A stretch of 64,000 bases of DNA from the human T2T-CHM13v2.0 reference genome, Homo sapiens: positions 42,560,001 through 42,624,000 of the forward strand of contig CP068257.2 of NCBI GenBank assembly GCA_009914755.4. The letters run 5' to 3'. Positions within the stretch are counted from its first letter, which is position 1. The number at the start of each line of letters is the position of its first letter. The translations under genes were made by a program, and so were the position numbers. The notes beneath the pieces are model-generated. The model ran no database searches. It worked only from the letters and a program-made list of their open reading frames with translations, and was not told the DNA's origin. Below, piece after piece: positions 31,284 through 44,399 of the stretch.

Positions 31284-31731
31284 CTGCAATGGCCCAAAAG
31301 GTGCAAAATCTGTTTTCGGAGGCTGATGCCCAGGCCATGAAGCTACTCTATGGGGCAGACTTTGGGTTTCAAGCCTCAAACACCAACGGTGGCTCAGAAT
31401 TTATTAACAAGGCACATGTAGGAATGCAGTCAAACTTGAAAAACGCAGACATTTCATGGTGAGGTCCATGTCAGTCTTTGGCTTCGATGACACACTCCTG
31501 TTATGTAAGGGGCTGCCATGGGGAGGAGCGGCTGGATGGGGCCTGGCCGCTCAGTGTTATTTTTGTTACTCAGCACTACTTTTACTACTTCTCGGGAGTC
31601 TATAATTAATGCACAATAAAAAGTTCTTTAAGGGAAAGGCATTTAAGGGAAAAGAATTTCTCAGCAATTACATTATATTGCTGCTCACTTGCAGTAGGAA
31701 AGCTGTCACAAATGTGGCAGACACAGGGTAG

Positions 31732-32192
<461 letters not shown>

Positions 32193-32513
32193 TAGGGCTC
32201 AGCAGGGCTGCTGCCTGGGACAGGGAGACCAGGGGACCCAGGAAGCCCTGGCTCAGAGGAACTGCATTCTGCCCGCAACAAAGACGGAGTCAAACAAGAA
32301 CTCCGGAGTTTGCAGAAGTGTTTCCCTTTAAGGAAACGCTTCTATCCTGTGCAGCAACCTAGGTTTAGGGTCCAACTGTCTCCAAAGGACCACTTGAGAA
32401 GCAAGAAGGAGCCTGGTGAGGCTGCTCCCAGTGCCCTGCGGCCAGCAGTCCACACAGCCGGAGAGCCCATCTCTGAGCTGGGCGCCCCATGGCAAAGCAC
32501 CCCCTGAACTTAC

Positions 32514-32554
32514 CAGCTCGAAGGCTGCTGAAGAGCAGGAAGAGCAGTCCAGGA
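32514..32554 (-). CDS. ICOSLG: ICOSLG signal-peptide exon (41 nt)
   Basis: Reverse complement reads TCCTGGACTGCTCTTCCTGCTCTTCAGCAGCCTTCGAGCTG. It is flanked by a ttttttccag acceptor and a gtaag donor. It encodes SPGLLFLLFSSLRA. Confidence 0.85.
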
Positions 32555-34868
32555 CTGGAAAAAACAACCAGAAAGGCAGGTGAGGCGGGGCCACCAGGGA
32601 GTTACCTGTATCTTCCAAACAGGAACAGGCTGGTTCCCATGAGCAGGAGGTAGTTAGGCCCATCACAGAAATGTGAAGGCAGAGCCAGGAGCCTGCCTGC
32701 CTCTGTTCTCCATGGGAATTCGGGGTCCGGGGCCAGGACCACCACCCTCCTGCCCAGCACAGCAAGTCCGAGGGGCTGGCAGCCTCTCACCACTCTCTAG
32801 CTCTCGCGGTAACAAATCCCCAGAAACACAGTGATGCTGGCGTGAGGATGAAGGGGAGCGAGGGACGCCAGTGAGGCTGGTCTAGCCTTCCTGGGGACAG
32901 ATGCCAAGAAGTTGTAGGAAATCAGAAAAAAAAAAAAAAAAAAAGCTTTCAGGGCACATATAGTAGGAGTGTCACTTAAAATGCTGGGGAGACGGAGAAC
33001 ATCAGGCGTGCCCGTGACAGGGTCAGGTGAGTGACGGGACAGCCCTGTGCGGAACGCGGATCATTTTGAAACCAAACCTGAGCTCCTCCTGTTTCAGATC
33101 CTGCTGCAGCTGGTGCCCCTGCCTCGGGCAGCAAATTCCCCTCGTGACTCCAATGCCCCTGCCATCTTGGGTCTGGGAGCCTTTGCACCCTGCACGCCAC
33201 AGGCTCGCCACCTCCTCCCGCCAGCCCCCAGGATGCCTTCCCCACGTGGGGGCCCTTAGTGGCCGGGACCACTTTGGTAGCAGTGCTTACCCCAGCCCCC
33301 CAAACCATCAGTTTCTGGGGCCAGCTCCCCATGAAGCAAGAGCCCCAGGAGCAGGGACATCTCCCTCTCTGATGTCCCTGCACCTCCAAGGTCTGGGAGA
33401 CGCTCATCCCTCTTCTCTGTGGCCTCTGCCTGGGAAAGCTTGGGGGCTTTGTAAGTCAAAGGTTGGTCTTGTGGGAACCTCCCAGTGGGCTGTCCCTGAG
33501 CCCTGGAGCCACAGAAACCCCTGCCCCACCCACGATGGCTGTCATCTGAGTCTGCATGGAGGTGTGTCTGTGCCAAGTGAGCACACATGCACCAAGGCGG
33601 CCCCTGGCCACCAGGGGCTCTTGAAGTCTGCAGGCGGCCCTTCCTCTCTCTCCCACTCCCCCTGTTGGGGCCACCATTCTGGCTGGCAAGATGGCTGTGA
33701 TGGCCTCCAGCAGGCCCCCTGCCTCCACCCTTAGCCCCTTCAAGCATTTCCCCAGAGCCACCATCTAAACGACAGCTGTGAGAACTCCTCTGTGCCCCCA
33801 TTTGTCTCCCACAGTGCCCATATTCATCACCAGCCCACAAGGCCCCTCCTGTCTATGGAGGCCTCCTCAGGACATCTGGGGGCTTCCTGGGCCAGGGTGG
33901 GGGGTGCCTGCTCCAGGCTGTTTCTGGCTTGTCCCCTCCCTGGGTGCTGCCTAAGCAGCGGCCTCTGTGTCCTTTCCTTGGACCCTCAGCACCCCTGCAT
34001 CTAACCTACCCCCACCCCGAGCTTGCCTCAAGACCCAGCATGGACAGGGCCGCCTACCTGAAGGTGTGGGTGGCGGAGGGCTAAGACATTTGGGAGGGCT
34101 ATGACATTCCGGGACCTTTAAATTCTTTCTCTCTAGGGCAGGATCATAACTGCATACACTTCTAATGGGGAGGGGACCTGGGGAGTGTGACTCCGGTGTG
34201 GCCCAGCTCTGAGCTGTGCGGGAGGCATCCCTGGGGTCAGGGGCCTCACAGGTTCACCCAGGGGAGCACAGGCTGCGGACCCTACAACGTGGGTTGCGAA
34301 GAGTATATTTTGGATATTTTCGCAAAAATCCAGGAGGAAGCTGTCACTCCTGGTTCAGGCAGCCCCGCCTTCCCCAGTGTGGATCGGCTGCCGGGCTGCG
34401 GGGAATCCCACGTGTGTGGGGGAGGGCGTGTCCGCAGACCGTGGGCACCAGCTGGCCTTGGAGAGCGCTCGGCCGGTCACCTCCCTCCTTCTCCCTTCTT
34501 CTAGGAAATCAGCAGTGCCAGGGAGTGGAAGGGGCAGCGCCCGTGCCCCGGCGTGCAGGGTGCGCCCGCCTTCCCTCCCTCCTTCCAGCGTTCGCGGTCC
34601 TCCTTCCCTGGCAGGGACCCCGCCCCCGAGCCCGCCCCCGCACGGCTGTGCGTCCTGCCATGGGTCCCGGTGCCAGGCCCCGCCGCCCACTGCCGTCCAC
34701 GCCCCGCCGGCCGCCCCGGCGCCTCCGCCGCCCGCTCCTCGGACCCGCACTGCCAGCCCGGCACCTCCAGGCGAGCCCCGCAGGCCCCGCGTCCGAGCCG
34801 AGCTGGGGACGCGCGGGCCGAGCCACCCCGCCCCTGACCGCGGCGCCTCCGCTCCTTCCCCGGCTCAC

Positions 34869-34882
34869 CTGCCCAGCCGCAT
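34869..34882 (-). CDS. ICOSLG: ICOSLG coding exon 1 (coding portion), with 5'UTR continuing upstream to about 35000
   Basis: Reverse complement reads ACC ATG CGG CTG GGC AG followed by a gtgagc donor. This matches the N-terminal Met-Arg-Leu-Gly of ICOS ligand. The reading frame joins the next exon to give MRLGSPGLLFLLFSSLRA. Confidence 0.85.
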
Positions 34883-35110
34883 GGTGCGGGCGGAGACCTC
34901 GGGCCGCGGAGACCTCGGGGCGCGGAGACCTCGGGGCGCGGAGAACTTGGGCCGCGGGAGACCTCGGAGAGGAGCAACCTCGGGGCGCGGGAGATCGGCT
35001 CTAACTGCGCTCCCGCAGCGCCCGAGGCTCTGAGCGCCCAGCGCGCGGTGTGCTGGAGGCAGCCGTGTCCCCGCCCCGTCCCCGCCCCGCCCCCGGCCTG
35101 GCTCCTCTGG
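34883..35110 (-). promoter_or_regulatory. ICOSLG: ICOSLG 5'UTR and core promoter with GC boxes
   Basis: The sequence lies immediately upstream of the ATG on the minus strand. It contains CCCCGCCCC motifs at about 35070-35100, which are GGGGCGGGG on the gene strand. It lies inside a dense CpG island. Confidence 0.5.
34888..34996. repeat. ICOSLG: Tandem repeat with a 16-17-bp unit, about 6.5 copies (CGCGGAGACCTCGGGG on the plus strand), occupying the ICOSLG 5'UTR from -6 to about -114 relative to the ATG
   Basis: Directly visible immediately 5' of the ICOSLG start codon on the gene strand. Confidence 0.85.
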
Positions 35111-36659
35111 CGACCGAGACCGCCCCGGGACAGGAGGCGGGGCGCTGCGCGGCGGCTCCGGAAAGTTCGGCTCTGCCCAGGCGTGTGCCCGTCGGCCGGA
35201 GGCGGGACAGAGGCAGGTCGGCCTGTCCGCCTGGACGCGGACCTGGGCGCCGTAGGTGCCCTGGGAAGCGCAGGGGTGGGGGGTACCCGGCAGGAAGGTG
35301 GCCAGGGGTGCTGCGGGTGCCGGCGCAGCGAGGGAGGGCACCGTGGGAGGCAAGGGCCGTTCCCCGCGCCGCGCACAATGCGCCGGTCCTGCGGCCCTCC
35401 CCGAGCAGGAGTCCGGGGACCCAGGCCCCAAGGCTGGGAGAGCGCCAGGCCCCTGGCCGGCTGCGCTCCGATGATCTCCAGGACTTAAGGCGAGTGAGCT
35501 CAGCGACTGCTGAGGAATGAATGACTGAATGAACGCATGCATGAATGGAAGGAGGGAGGGAAAGTGGGCGGGCTCTACCCTCTGGGCCAGCCCCAGCCCG
35601 CCCCCACCTAGCCTTGCTCCCCTAGCCTTCTAGGGGTGTGAAGGGCGCTGGCGCAGCCTCTTTGCTTAACACTGGCTCTGAGGATCCCCCGCCGAGAAAC
35701 CGAGGCAGGCTTGCGGCTCTGGGCTCGTCAGCCTTGGCAGTGGCGTCTGGCCTGGAGTCTGGGGCAGCTGGTTTGGGAAAGGCTGCACCACGCAACCGAG
35801 GGTGGGACCCAGAGTCCCTGCTCCTTCCCCACCGCACCCAGCCCACCCCGCCCTCCCTCCCTGATCCCTGCAAGCCAGGTGAGGCCCAGGGGGGACGTGA
35901 CTCCCTTTCTGCAGAGGCACCTCCGGAAGGGCCTGGGTGAGGCTGCTAGACAGGGCAGCGGGGCACCCTCCTCCCGGAGCCCCCGCCTCTGGGCTGAGGC
36001 TCGGATCCCCACCGCCTCCTGCGCATGGAGGAGGCGAGAAGCGCAGGGAGACGGGGGCCCCAGACGGCACCCCGCAGGCTGCCATTCCTTCAACCAAGAT
36101 GTAGAGAACGCCGTGGACAAAAGCTTTAAAAAAATTCTGAAACCTCTGCCCGTGGGAAGTCAACATTTTTGCGGAGCAGAGAGCCCAGGCACAAAATAAG
36201 AAGGCGGAAGAGACGGGCTGGGGGGATAGGGGGGACGGCGGCGGGGAAGGGCAGGGAGGGCGGCGGCGAAGGCGCAGGAAGCCCTGAAGCCGGGCGGCTT
36301 CCCCCTCCCAGGCCACGCTGAGAGACGGGGGTTGGGGGGATTTAAAATCGCGCGCCTGGCAGGGGCGGGGCGGGGGCCACCTGCCCTCCGGCGGGAAGAG
36401 CTGGGCAGGGCCCGCGGAGTGCAGGGCGGAGGCACTGGCGGTCCGCACCCGGGTGAGGTGAGGCGCGTAACCGCATCTGAGCCGGACTCTTTAGGACGAG
36501 TCCCGTCCCTGGAGTCAGAAAACCCGGTCCAGCGCCAGCGTGGACGTGCGCTTCCCGGGACACGCCCAGGGACGCCGGCTAGGACCGGCGAGGCTGGAGG
36601 GGTGGCGATGTTGGGGGCTGAGGTTCCTCGCCCCGGGGCGGGCGGCTGCTGGTAAGGGA

Positions 36660-36712
36660 CCGCATGGCCCCGCAGGTGAGGAGGGCGCAGGTGAGGAGGG
36701 CGCAGGTGAGCC
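36660..36712. repeat. Tandem repeat with a 17-bp unit, 3 copies (GCAGGTGAGGAGGGCGC) in the CpG island
   Basis: Directly visible. Confidence 0.7.
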
Positions 36713-38728
36713 GGGCGGGCTGCGGGCAGCGCCACCTCCTCCCGGAGGCCCTCCCTGATTGACCGGCCGGGAACCGCGCGCCTCTGGGCCTGCGGCTGAG
36801 GTCCGGGGCTGCGCCGCGCCGATGAGCTGACGCCGGGCCGAGCGCTCCACCCCCAGGGCCGGGCGCACCTGAATCCCCTCCACCCGCGGGACTGCGGAGA
36901 GGGGGACGGCCCCCGGATACCGCGTGGGGGCTTTGGGAGGATGGGGAATGGGTCCTGGGGGAGCAGAGCCTCCCAAATTAAGGCCTCCCAAGAGCGCGGC
37001 CGGTCATCCGCGGCGGCGAAGGGAAGGTGCCCTGTCGGTGCGTCCGGACCCCGCAGCCCCCCAGTGCCGCCCGGGGGCGGTGGGAGAGGGGCCGACACCG
37101 CAGGGCCCGCCGTGCTGTGGCCGAGGGGGCAGGTCCAGGCTCTGCTTCCCGGGCAGACGCGGGAGACCCCAGCAAGCCAAGTGCTGCGGGCAGCGCCCCC
37201 CCCCGCCGAGAGAGGGGACGCCGCGTGGAGGCCACAGCCAGGCAGGGGCAGGAAGGCAGCTGGGCCAGAAGGGGACACTGAGGCAGGCCGAGGCGGCCGC
37301 GGGGGAGGGTGCCAGGACCAGCCCAGGAACCTCGGAGACCACGGTAAGCGGTGGCTGGTTCAGATCCCAACTCCGGAGCTGTGTGACCCCAGAAAGTTCC
37401 TTAGCCCCTTGGTGCCTGCATCCCCTGACGTGTGACATATACATGAATGGGGCTGTTGTAAGTGAACGCACACAGCACACCGGCACATGTGTCACAACAC
37501 TTAGATGGGTTTAGATGAAGAAACAGGGAAACCTTTGGGAAGTTTCCTGTAGTCAAAGGAAGGTTTTCGTTTTCCCCCTCAACCGTGACTGTTTCTTGGG
37601 CCGGCAGGATAGGCTTTTGTTCTAGGGGTGTGGAGAGAGGGCCCCTTGGCAGCGTCCAGGGCCAACTGGGAACCAAGCAGGAATCGTATTTGTGCAGCCT
37701 GGAGTTCGAGGCTCTGGGTGCGAGTCGTAGTGCTTAAGCAGGAAGCAGCTGCCTGATGCCCCTAGCCCCAGGCCGCCCTGCTCTGCCGTTTCGAGGGCGT
37801 GGGGGTCTTCTGATCTCCACCTTGATGCACCTCCAGGCCCGGGTCCTTTTGGGGTCTGGCACAGCAACCTGCGTTTGACAGCATGGGCGTCCGCTGATGC
37901 TGAGAGCTCAACTTCTGGTCCAAGGAAGATCTTTTCTCTTCGGGGAACAGTCATACATTGTTTAACGAAAAGGATACATTCCTTCTGAGAAATGCGTCCT
38001 TAGGTGATTTTGTCCTTGTGTGAACACAGAGTGCACACACTGGCCCTGGTGGCACAGCCTGCTACACGCCGAGGCTGTGTGTCACAGCCTGCTGCTCCAG
38101 GGCCACGAGCCTACGCGGCAGGTGACGGTGCTGAATAGCGTAGGCAGCTGTGACTCACTGGTATTTGTGTATCTAAAGCCATCTAAACATAGAACAGGTG
38201 CAGTAAAAATACCGCGCTGTGATATGGGAGCACTGTGGCATTGCTTGTTGACCGAAGGTTATGTGGTGCACGACTGTATGTTCGTTTCCTGTGGGCGCTG
38301 GAACTAACGACCTCACGCTTGCTGGCTCAAAACAACAGCAGTCTATTCTCTCTCAGCCCTGGAGAGCGGAAGCCTGCCTGGTGGAGGCGCTAGGGGAGTA
38401 TCCTACCTGCCTCTCCCAGCTCTGGGTGGCCCAGACATCCCTGTGCTTAGCTCCAGCAGCCGCCTCAGTGGCCATGTGGCTTCTCTGTGTGGTCAAGCCT
38501 CACTTTGCCCCTCTCTTATGAGGACCTTTGGGATGACACGTAGAACCCACCTGGATGATCCAGGGAGGCCTTCCACCTCAATTTAATCCCGTCAGCAAAG
38601 TCCTTCCTTTGCCACATGAGGTAACATTCACAGGATCCGGGAATGGGGACATGGGCATCCTTTGGAGGGTGGTTCAGCTGAGCATGGGATCATGATACAG
38701 GTCCTGTGTATAAAATTCAAATACTTGG

Positions 38729-39045
<317 letters not shown>

Positions 39046-39782
39046 GAATCTCAAGGTGGTGTGGACAGTTCTGAGTGTTGGGGAGAGAACAAAAGAAGGA
39101 AAGTGCATTTTGGGTGGCAGAAAGCCCCTAACAGAGCCTTGGGCCCCTGCTTTGAAGCAGCCCTCACAGAAACTGACCACGAGTTATGTTGGGCCCATGA
39201 CACTGGTTCCCTGGGTGGACACAGCCTGAGCCCAGCCCGCCCTGTCTGGAGCTCTCACCACCCTGCCTGGCCCGTGCCCATGGGCTCACAATGGCTTCAA
39301 CCCCATTTATGTGTCAGCTCAAGCAGGCCTCCCCAGAGGGCTCATTTGCACTTGGATGCCCTCACCTGTGCTCCCTCTGTGGCTTCAGGAACCCCGGGGT
39401 CATTACAGAGCTTGCTAAATTCATCCCTGGACGTGAGATGTGTGTCGTAAGCATCCAGGACTGTCCCAAGATGGGAGAGGCGTTCAGTCATGTTCACTCA
39501 AGTGAAGTCTTCTATTCTACTTCCAGATACACCTTTTTAACCTTCAAAGGGTCCAATTTTAACCTTTCTTCCACAAAGCATTTTACGTACCACTAATAGT
39601 CCCAGTGCAGACCCCAAAGTTCCCCTGTAAGATTCATTTCCTGTGATTCGAGCACAGCCTGAGGCAGAGCTTTCTGCTGGGTTTATCCTCACTGAGACTC
39701 AGACTGCAGAGGGCCAGGAGGAGCCCTGCTTTTTGCAAGCAATACCACCTGGGGTAGGACCCACAAGTGACATCCTTTGTGC

Positions 39783-39948
39783 GTGGATCTGGCCTTGGCC
39801 TCCGCACCGTCTGTTCAGCAAGTCCCTCCTTTGCCTGCCAAGGCTGAGGTCCTGTACTTTTGTGTGTGGATCTGGCCTTGGCCTCCGCACCGTCTGTTCA
39901 GCAGGTCCCTCCTTTGTCTGCCAAGGCTGAGGTCCTGTACTTTTGCAA
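39783..39948. repeat. Tandem duplication with an 83-bp unit, 2 copies (about 97% identical), roughly 250-400 bp downstream of the DNMT3L 3' end
   Basis: GTGGATCTGGCCTTGGCCTCCGCACCGTCTGTTCAGCA[A/G]GTCCCTCCTTTG[C/T]CTGCCAAGGCTGAGGTCCTGTACTTTTG occurs twice in tandem. Confidence 0.9.
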
Positions 39949-40199
39949 AGGTCCAGGCTGTTTGGTGCAGCTACAATCAGGGTGCGTGGTTTCTCTATGA
40001 ACGCAAACAGCGGTCTCAAGGGGAAGGCCCCGGCAGAAAGTGCATCATGCGGGACACGGTGCAGGCGCTCCGAAGACGCCTCCTGCTCACTTCTGGCCTC
40101 CACCCCCTGCCCTGCAGGGTGACAGATGGCTGTGCCTACACATAAAACACCAGACGTGACCAATAACTATCTTATAATAAATATACTCGAACTTCTCAA

Positions 40200-40457
40200 C
40201 TAGAACACAGAAATGCTTTCAGGAAGTACATCGCGCACCACCACGTGTGGTCCTGTGTGCAGCGGCGTGGGCCTCGCCCCGTCCCATGAGCCAGCGTGAT
40301 GGGGGAGAGACCCTGAGTCTCCAGAACCCAACGGAACGTGGGTCTGCAGTGACGACGGAGACGCAAAAAAACAAGAATCCGAAGAGGAAAGAGACAACGT
40401 GAGGAAAGTTGCCTTTGTTCTAGGAAAAGTCTTTTTCTTCACAGTATAGTGACTCAT
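40200..40457 (-). other. DNMT3L: DNMT3L 3'UTR, approximate extent
   Basis: The sequence lies downstream of the TAA stop on the minus strand. The poly(A) site was not located with certainty. Confidence 0.35.
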
Positions 40458-40623
40458 TTATAAAGAGGAAGTGAGTTCTGTTGAAAAATACTTGAAATAT
40501 TCTCTTAGGGGGAGAAAGCAGTTCTTCACCAGCTTGGTGGGCCACTTGGCCGCGAGCTTCGAGCTCTGCTTGTTCTGGGCCAGCAGGGACAATTCTTCTT
40601 CCGAAACCAGAGCCCAGTGCCTG
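40458..40623 (-). CDS. DNMT3L: DNMT3L last coding exon (stop codon at 40458-40460)
   Basis: The minus-strand ORF 40458..40670 encodes (S)RHWALVSEEELSLLAQNKQSSKLAAKWPTKLVKNCFLPLREYFKYFSTELTSSL-stop. This matches the DNMT3L C-terminus. Acceptor is ctctcagcag. Confidence 0.9.
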
Positions 40624-42569
40624 CTGCTGAGAGGAGGGGAGGGAAGGTTGTGAGCAAGCGCAGCGCCCACTGGGTGGCCCCGGAGATGGGGCTGGGAAGG
40701 AATCGCTGCGAGGGGGCGAGGGGAACAGCCTGCCTCTCAGTTGTCCCAGGTGCCTAAGACCCCCCCCCGGAACCCCCGCCTGATTCTGGGAGTTTTTCTT
40801 ATGGAGGTGGAGTGAGCAACAGGGGACCAGATGACTCCCTTGCCTCCCGCCTCCCCCGGCCGGGGGCTGGTCCCCTGGGAAGCAGGCTGGGGGTCACTCC
40901 GTGTGAACAGCGAGCTCCAGGGCCATCGCTAGAGGATGTCACCATCCCTGGGCAGCACCCCCGCAGAGGAAAGGACAGGACTCTGGGCAAAAGTTGGCCA
41001 AACCCTCGCAGAGTCAGCGAGCATTCCCAGGGAATTCTATCACAAAGGCCGTCCCCTGGGTTCCTGGGGCTGCCTGTGCCGGGAGCCCCAGCCCTGGGTG
41101 CAGGAGGGCAGGTGGTGAGAGGAAAGGTCCCCTGCCAGCCTGCTGTGAGGAGCCCTTGAGGAAGACGGGCTTTGCAGACTTGGCACCAACACCCCCTCTC
41201 CTGCTCCCAGCCACCCCACTGGAGGCCAGGAACATTTCTCAGTTTATTTTGGGGTGAAGACTGCGAGTGAAGTGCCAGATACAGTGTCCCCCTCCTCCTC
41301 CTCCTCCTCAGGCACCCTCCCTAGGGCAGTGGGGACTGTCCTTAACCATCCTGGGGGTGATGGTGGCTACCTCTGCAAAAGGATTTCTCCTTTCAGTGAG
41401 TGGGTGTCTCTCATGTCACTGTTGAGACACCCAGGAGCCTGGGAGGGAAACCTGTGGGAAGGAACTGCCAGCCTCCTTCTGGGAACCAGGTGACCCCAGG
41501 ATCACGGCTCAGGTGGATCCAGCCCTCGAAACCCTGTGAGGAGCTCTGTGGAGCCTCGCTCAGAAAGGGGGGCTGGGAAGAAGCAGCTGCCAGCCCACAG
41601 CCCAAGCCTGCAGGGGCCACAAGTGTGGCCACTGGAGCAGAGGGAGGTGCCTTTTGTGGAGCAGCAACCCTGGGTCTGGCTGCACCTGCCACTTAAGAAC
41701 CCTGATGGGGCGCTGTTCTCACTGCTGTGTGGACGCATAGAGCCTCCGGGGGCCAAGGAGCCTCTGGGGCCAGGCAGCAGGTGAGGCATGGCCTGTAATG
41801 CACACAGGTGTTGCTGGGTCTGCCCCCACCTTCACCCCCGCTCACCCAGCCCCACAGAGCCTGGCATGGCCTCCCAGGAAGTGACATGGCGGGGAACAGG
41901 CTTAGGGTTAGGGGGAGGCTGTGCGAAGGCTGGCATGCAGGTGAGAGGGCTTCTGAAGAGAAAGCATGCTGGAAAAGTGCTTCGGCTCAGCCCCACCCAA
42001 ACTCAAATCCAGGGGAAGCCAGGCCAGCAAGACCTGCAGGTGCCATGCCTTGGCAGGTGCCAGGCAACAGGATCGTGCCTCGGTGGTGACGTGGGAGATG
42101 CTGGAACCGGGGAGGTGAGAGGGAGTAAGTTTCCAGAACTCACTCTCAGGCAGGAGGAGATCATGACTCAGCTGAGCCAGAAAGCGCTCGTTCCACACGA
42201 ATGCACGTATGAGCGAGGCACGCCAGGCGAGTGTGGGAGTGAGGGGATGGATGGGCGGTTGGCTGGAGGTCGTGAGGTCTGGGCCGCCTGGAAAGGCTGT
42301 TGAGGGGCGGGGGCAGCTGGGAGAGGCTGTGGGGGCAGCAGAAGGGGGTGCTTAGCCGCAGAGAGGGCACGTGGGGAAAGGCCATGTGTTCAAGGCCCCA
42401 AAAGGTGGGGAGGGCAGCCCAGGAGTGCACCGCAGGGGGTGCAAGCGTGTGGGTGGGTGAGACTGATGCGTGTGTGCCTGTGTGATTGTGAGCACATGTG
42501 AACGTGTGGATGCAGGTGGTAGTCGTGAGTGTGCTTGTGTGAGCATGTGACTGAGGGAGCATGTGGGTG

Positions 42570-42700
42570 TGTGGATGAGCGTGACTGTGGGGATGACTGT
42601 GTGTGCATGCATGAGCACACAGGTGTGTGGATGAGCGTGACCGTGGGAATGACTGTGTGTGTGTGCATACATGAGCACACAGGCGTATGGATGAGCGTGC
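42570..42700. repeat. Imperfect repeat of about 60 bp, 2-3 copies (TG-rich), in a DNMT3L intron, embedded in a longer TG-rich tract at 42390-42760
   Basis: Directly visible. It gives H/T/C-rich artefact ORFs. Confidence 0.7.
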
Positions 42701-43085
42701 AAGTGAGTCATGTGAGTGTGGCTGAGTGTGAGCACACATGAGCTTGTGGGTGTGCAAGGGAGGTGGGGAGGCCACACGGAATGAAAGCCTGGGGGCTGCA
42801 GCCGATTCAGGGCCAGGCCGCCATGGCGCATATGGGTGTCCAGGGGCTGGACCCCGAGAAGCTGAGAGCCAGTGCTGGAGAAGCTCCCCAAGGGGAAAGG
42901 GGCATCCTCAGGCTTCGGTGTCTTCAGGGTCTCAGGGTGGCCCCGAAGGCCGACCGCAGTCCCACTGGGGCGCAGAGGCTGCTCTGGGCTTGGCTCTGCT
43001 AGACAGACCCCATTTCCTCAGTGAACCCCGCTTCTGGGTCCATGTTCCCCTTGACCCTGAACGCTTTCAGCTGCCCAGGAAATAC

Positions 43086-43171
43086 CTCCTTATGGCTGGG
43101 ATGTTGCTCCACACGCGGACAGCATTCTGCAAGGATCCGCCGTGGACATCTGGGATGGTGACTGGCTCCAT
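43086..43171 (-). CDS. DNMT3L: DNMT3L coding exon (MEPVTIPDVHGGSLQNAVRVWSNIPAIR)
   Basis: The minus-strand ORF 43067..43378 contains this peptide. Acceptor is cccccag|ATGGAG and donor is AGGAG|gtattt. The exon is 86 nt. Confidence 0.9.
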
Positions 43172-44399
43172 CTGGGGGCGGGAGGGTCGGCCGTGGGTCA
43201 GGGGACCTGGACGGTAAGCGCCCCCCACAGGCCCACTGGCCTCAGCCGCCAATGGCCCTGAGTGGTCAATGGACTTTCTAGCCCGACTGTGTTCCCTACG
43301 TCCTTTTTTCTTATGAATCACCTTTGGAGAAAAATGCTGATGAATTATTTTAAACTGACAGAACAGACTCTGTGGCAATAAGATATCAAATTACAAACAG
43401 GACCTCAGGCCGCGCCAGGCAAGGGTCGAGCCGAGCCGCGTGCCCTACACTGAGAGGACGGACTCTGCCCTCACGCCACAGCTGCTGCTTTTTCTGCAGC
43501 GGCTAAACACGCACTGGCCCCGCGATGAGGATGAGCAAGGTTCAAATGACTGCAGCTCATCCACCTGCAGATGCCAACTGACCACGTTCCACAGCCATGA
43601 CCACAGCTCTGACTGGGCAGGAGACTGACTTCAGGAACCTCCTCCTGATAAGGGACCCCGACCACAGACTGGCTCCGGCCGGTTTACAGAGGTTGTGCGC
43701 TTGAGGGCCTGTGTCCTGAGAAGACCTCTGAGGTTTAGGGCCTCATTGCGACACACTGACATGATAAGACTCCACCCCAGAGTGAACAGAGGTCGTAAGT
43801 TCCACAGATTTTGTTCAGTACGCACGCAGCAGGACCCCCTTCATGAATATTCACCGCTCCTCCATAACCTGCCGCACAGGTTTAGCCAACCCGGTCAGCA
43901 CGGAGCTCCTGCCCCAGCCACCCCTCCCCTTCGAAGTGCCTCCTCCTGGCTCCTCTGGTCTTGGTGGAGGCCCCGTGCTTCCCAGCCTGGGGGACGGGAC
44001 CTTGCAGGCTGTGCCCCTTTACAGAAACAAAGTCTCCTGTTCTAAAAGCACAGACTTTGTGATTTTCAGCTCATGGCGTTTGCTCCCCTTCTGAATAGCT
44101 GGATTTGCATTCCAGCCACTCCACGAGATTCCAGCACCAAAGGAACCTCAACGCCACCTGGACCCCCAGCAAAGGCTCTGGCCCACAGGTGCTGCCCACT
44201 CGGTGGGTCGGGCCCCCGCTGGCTGTGGCCCCTCCATGGAACCTGAGAGCATGAGGAAATTCCCCCTCCTGAGCCTCACGCCTGTCTCCTGTGGCTGAGG
44301 TGTGGCCGTCCCTCCCCAACCCTGGAAGTGTCTGGAACACCCGGCCCATCAGCCCCAGAGGGGACCCATCCGCTGAGTCCAAAAGTGGCTGCTCTGACA

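Larger units (their letters stand above)
34300..37300. promoter_or_regulatory. CpG island (about 3 kb) spanning ICOSLG exon 1 and 2.3 kb of upstream sequence
   Basis: GC content is very high, CpG dinucleotides are frequent, and there are no Alus. The long proline/arginine/alanine-rich ORFs on both strands are typical of GC-rich non-coding DNA. Confidence 0.8.

Noticed and set aside
34501-37514. Several 150-370-aa ORFs on both strands (for example 36160..37278 minus, 34501..35376 minus, 36924..37514 plus)
   Set aside because: They lie in the CpG island. Their Pro/Arg/Ala/Gly-rich composition is what random GC-rich DNA gives. They overlap each other on both strands and resemble no protein I recognise.
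41788-42891. ORFs of 171-204 aa in the DNMT3L last intron (H/T/C-rich)
   Set aside because: Translations of TG-rich imperfect repeats at 42390-42760.
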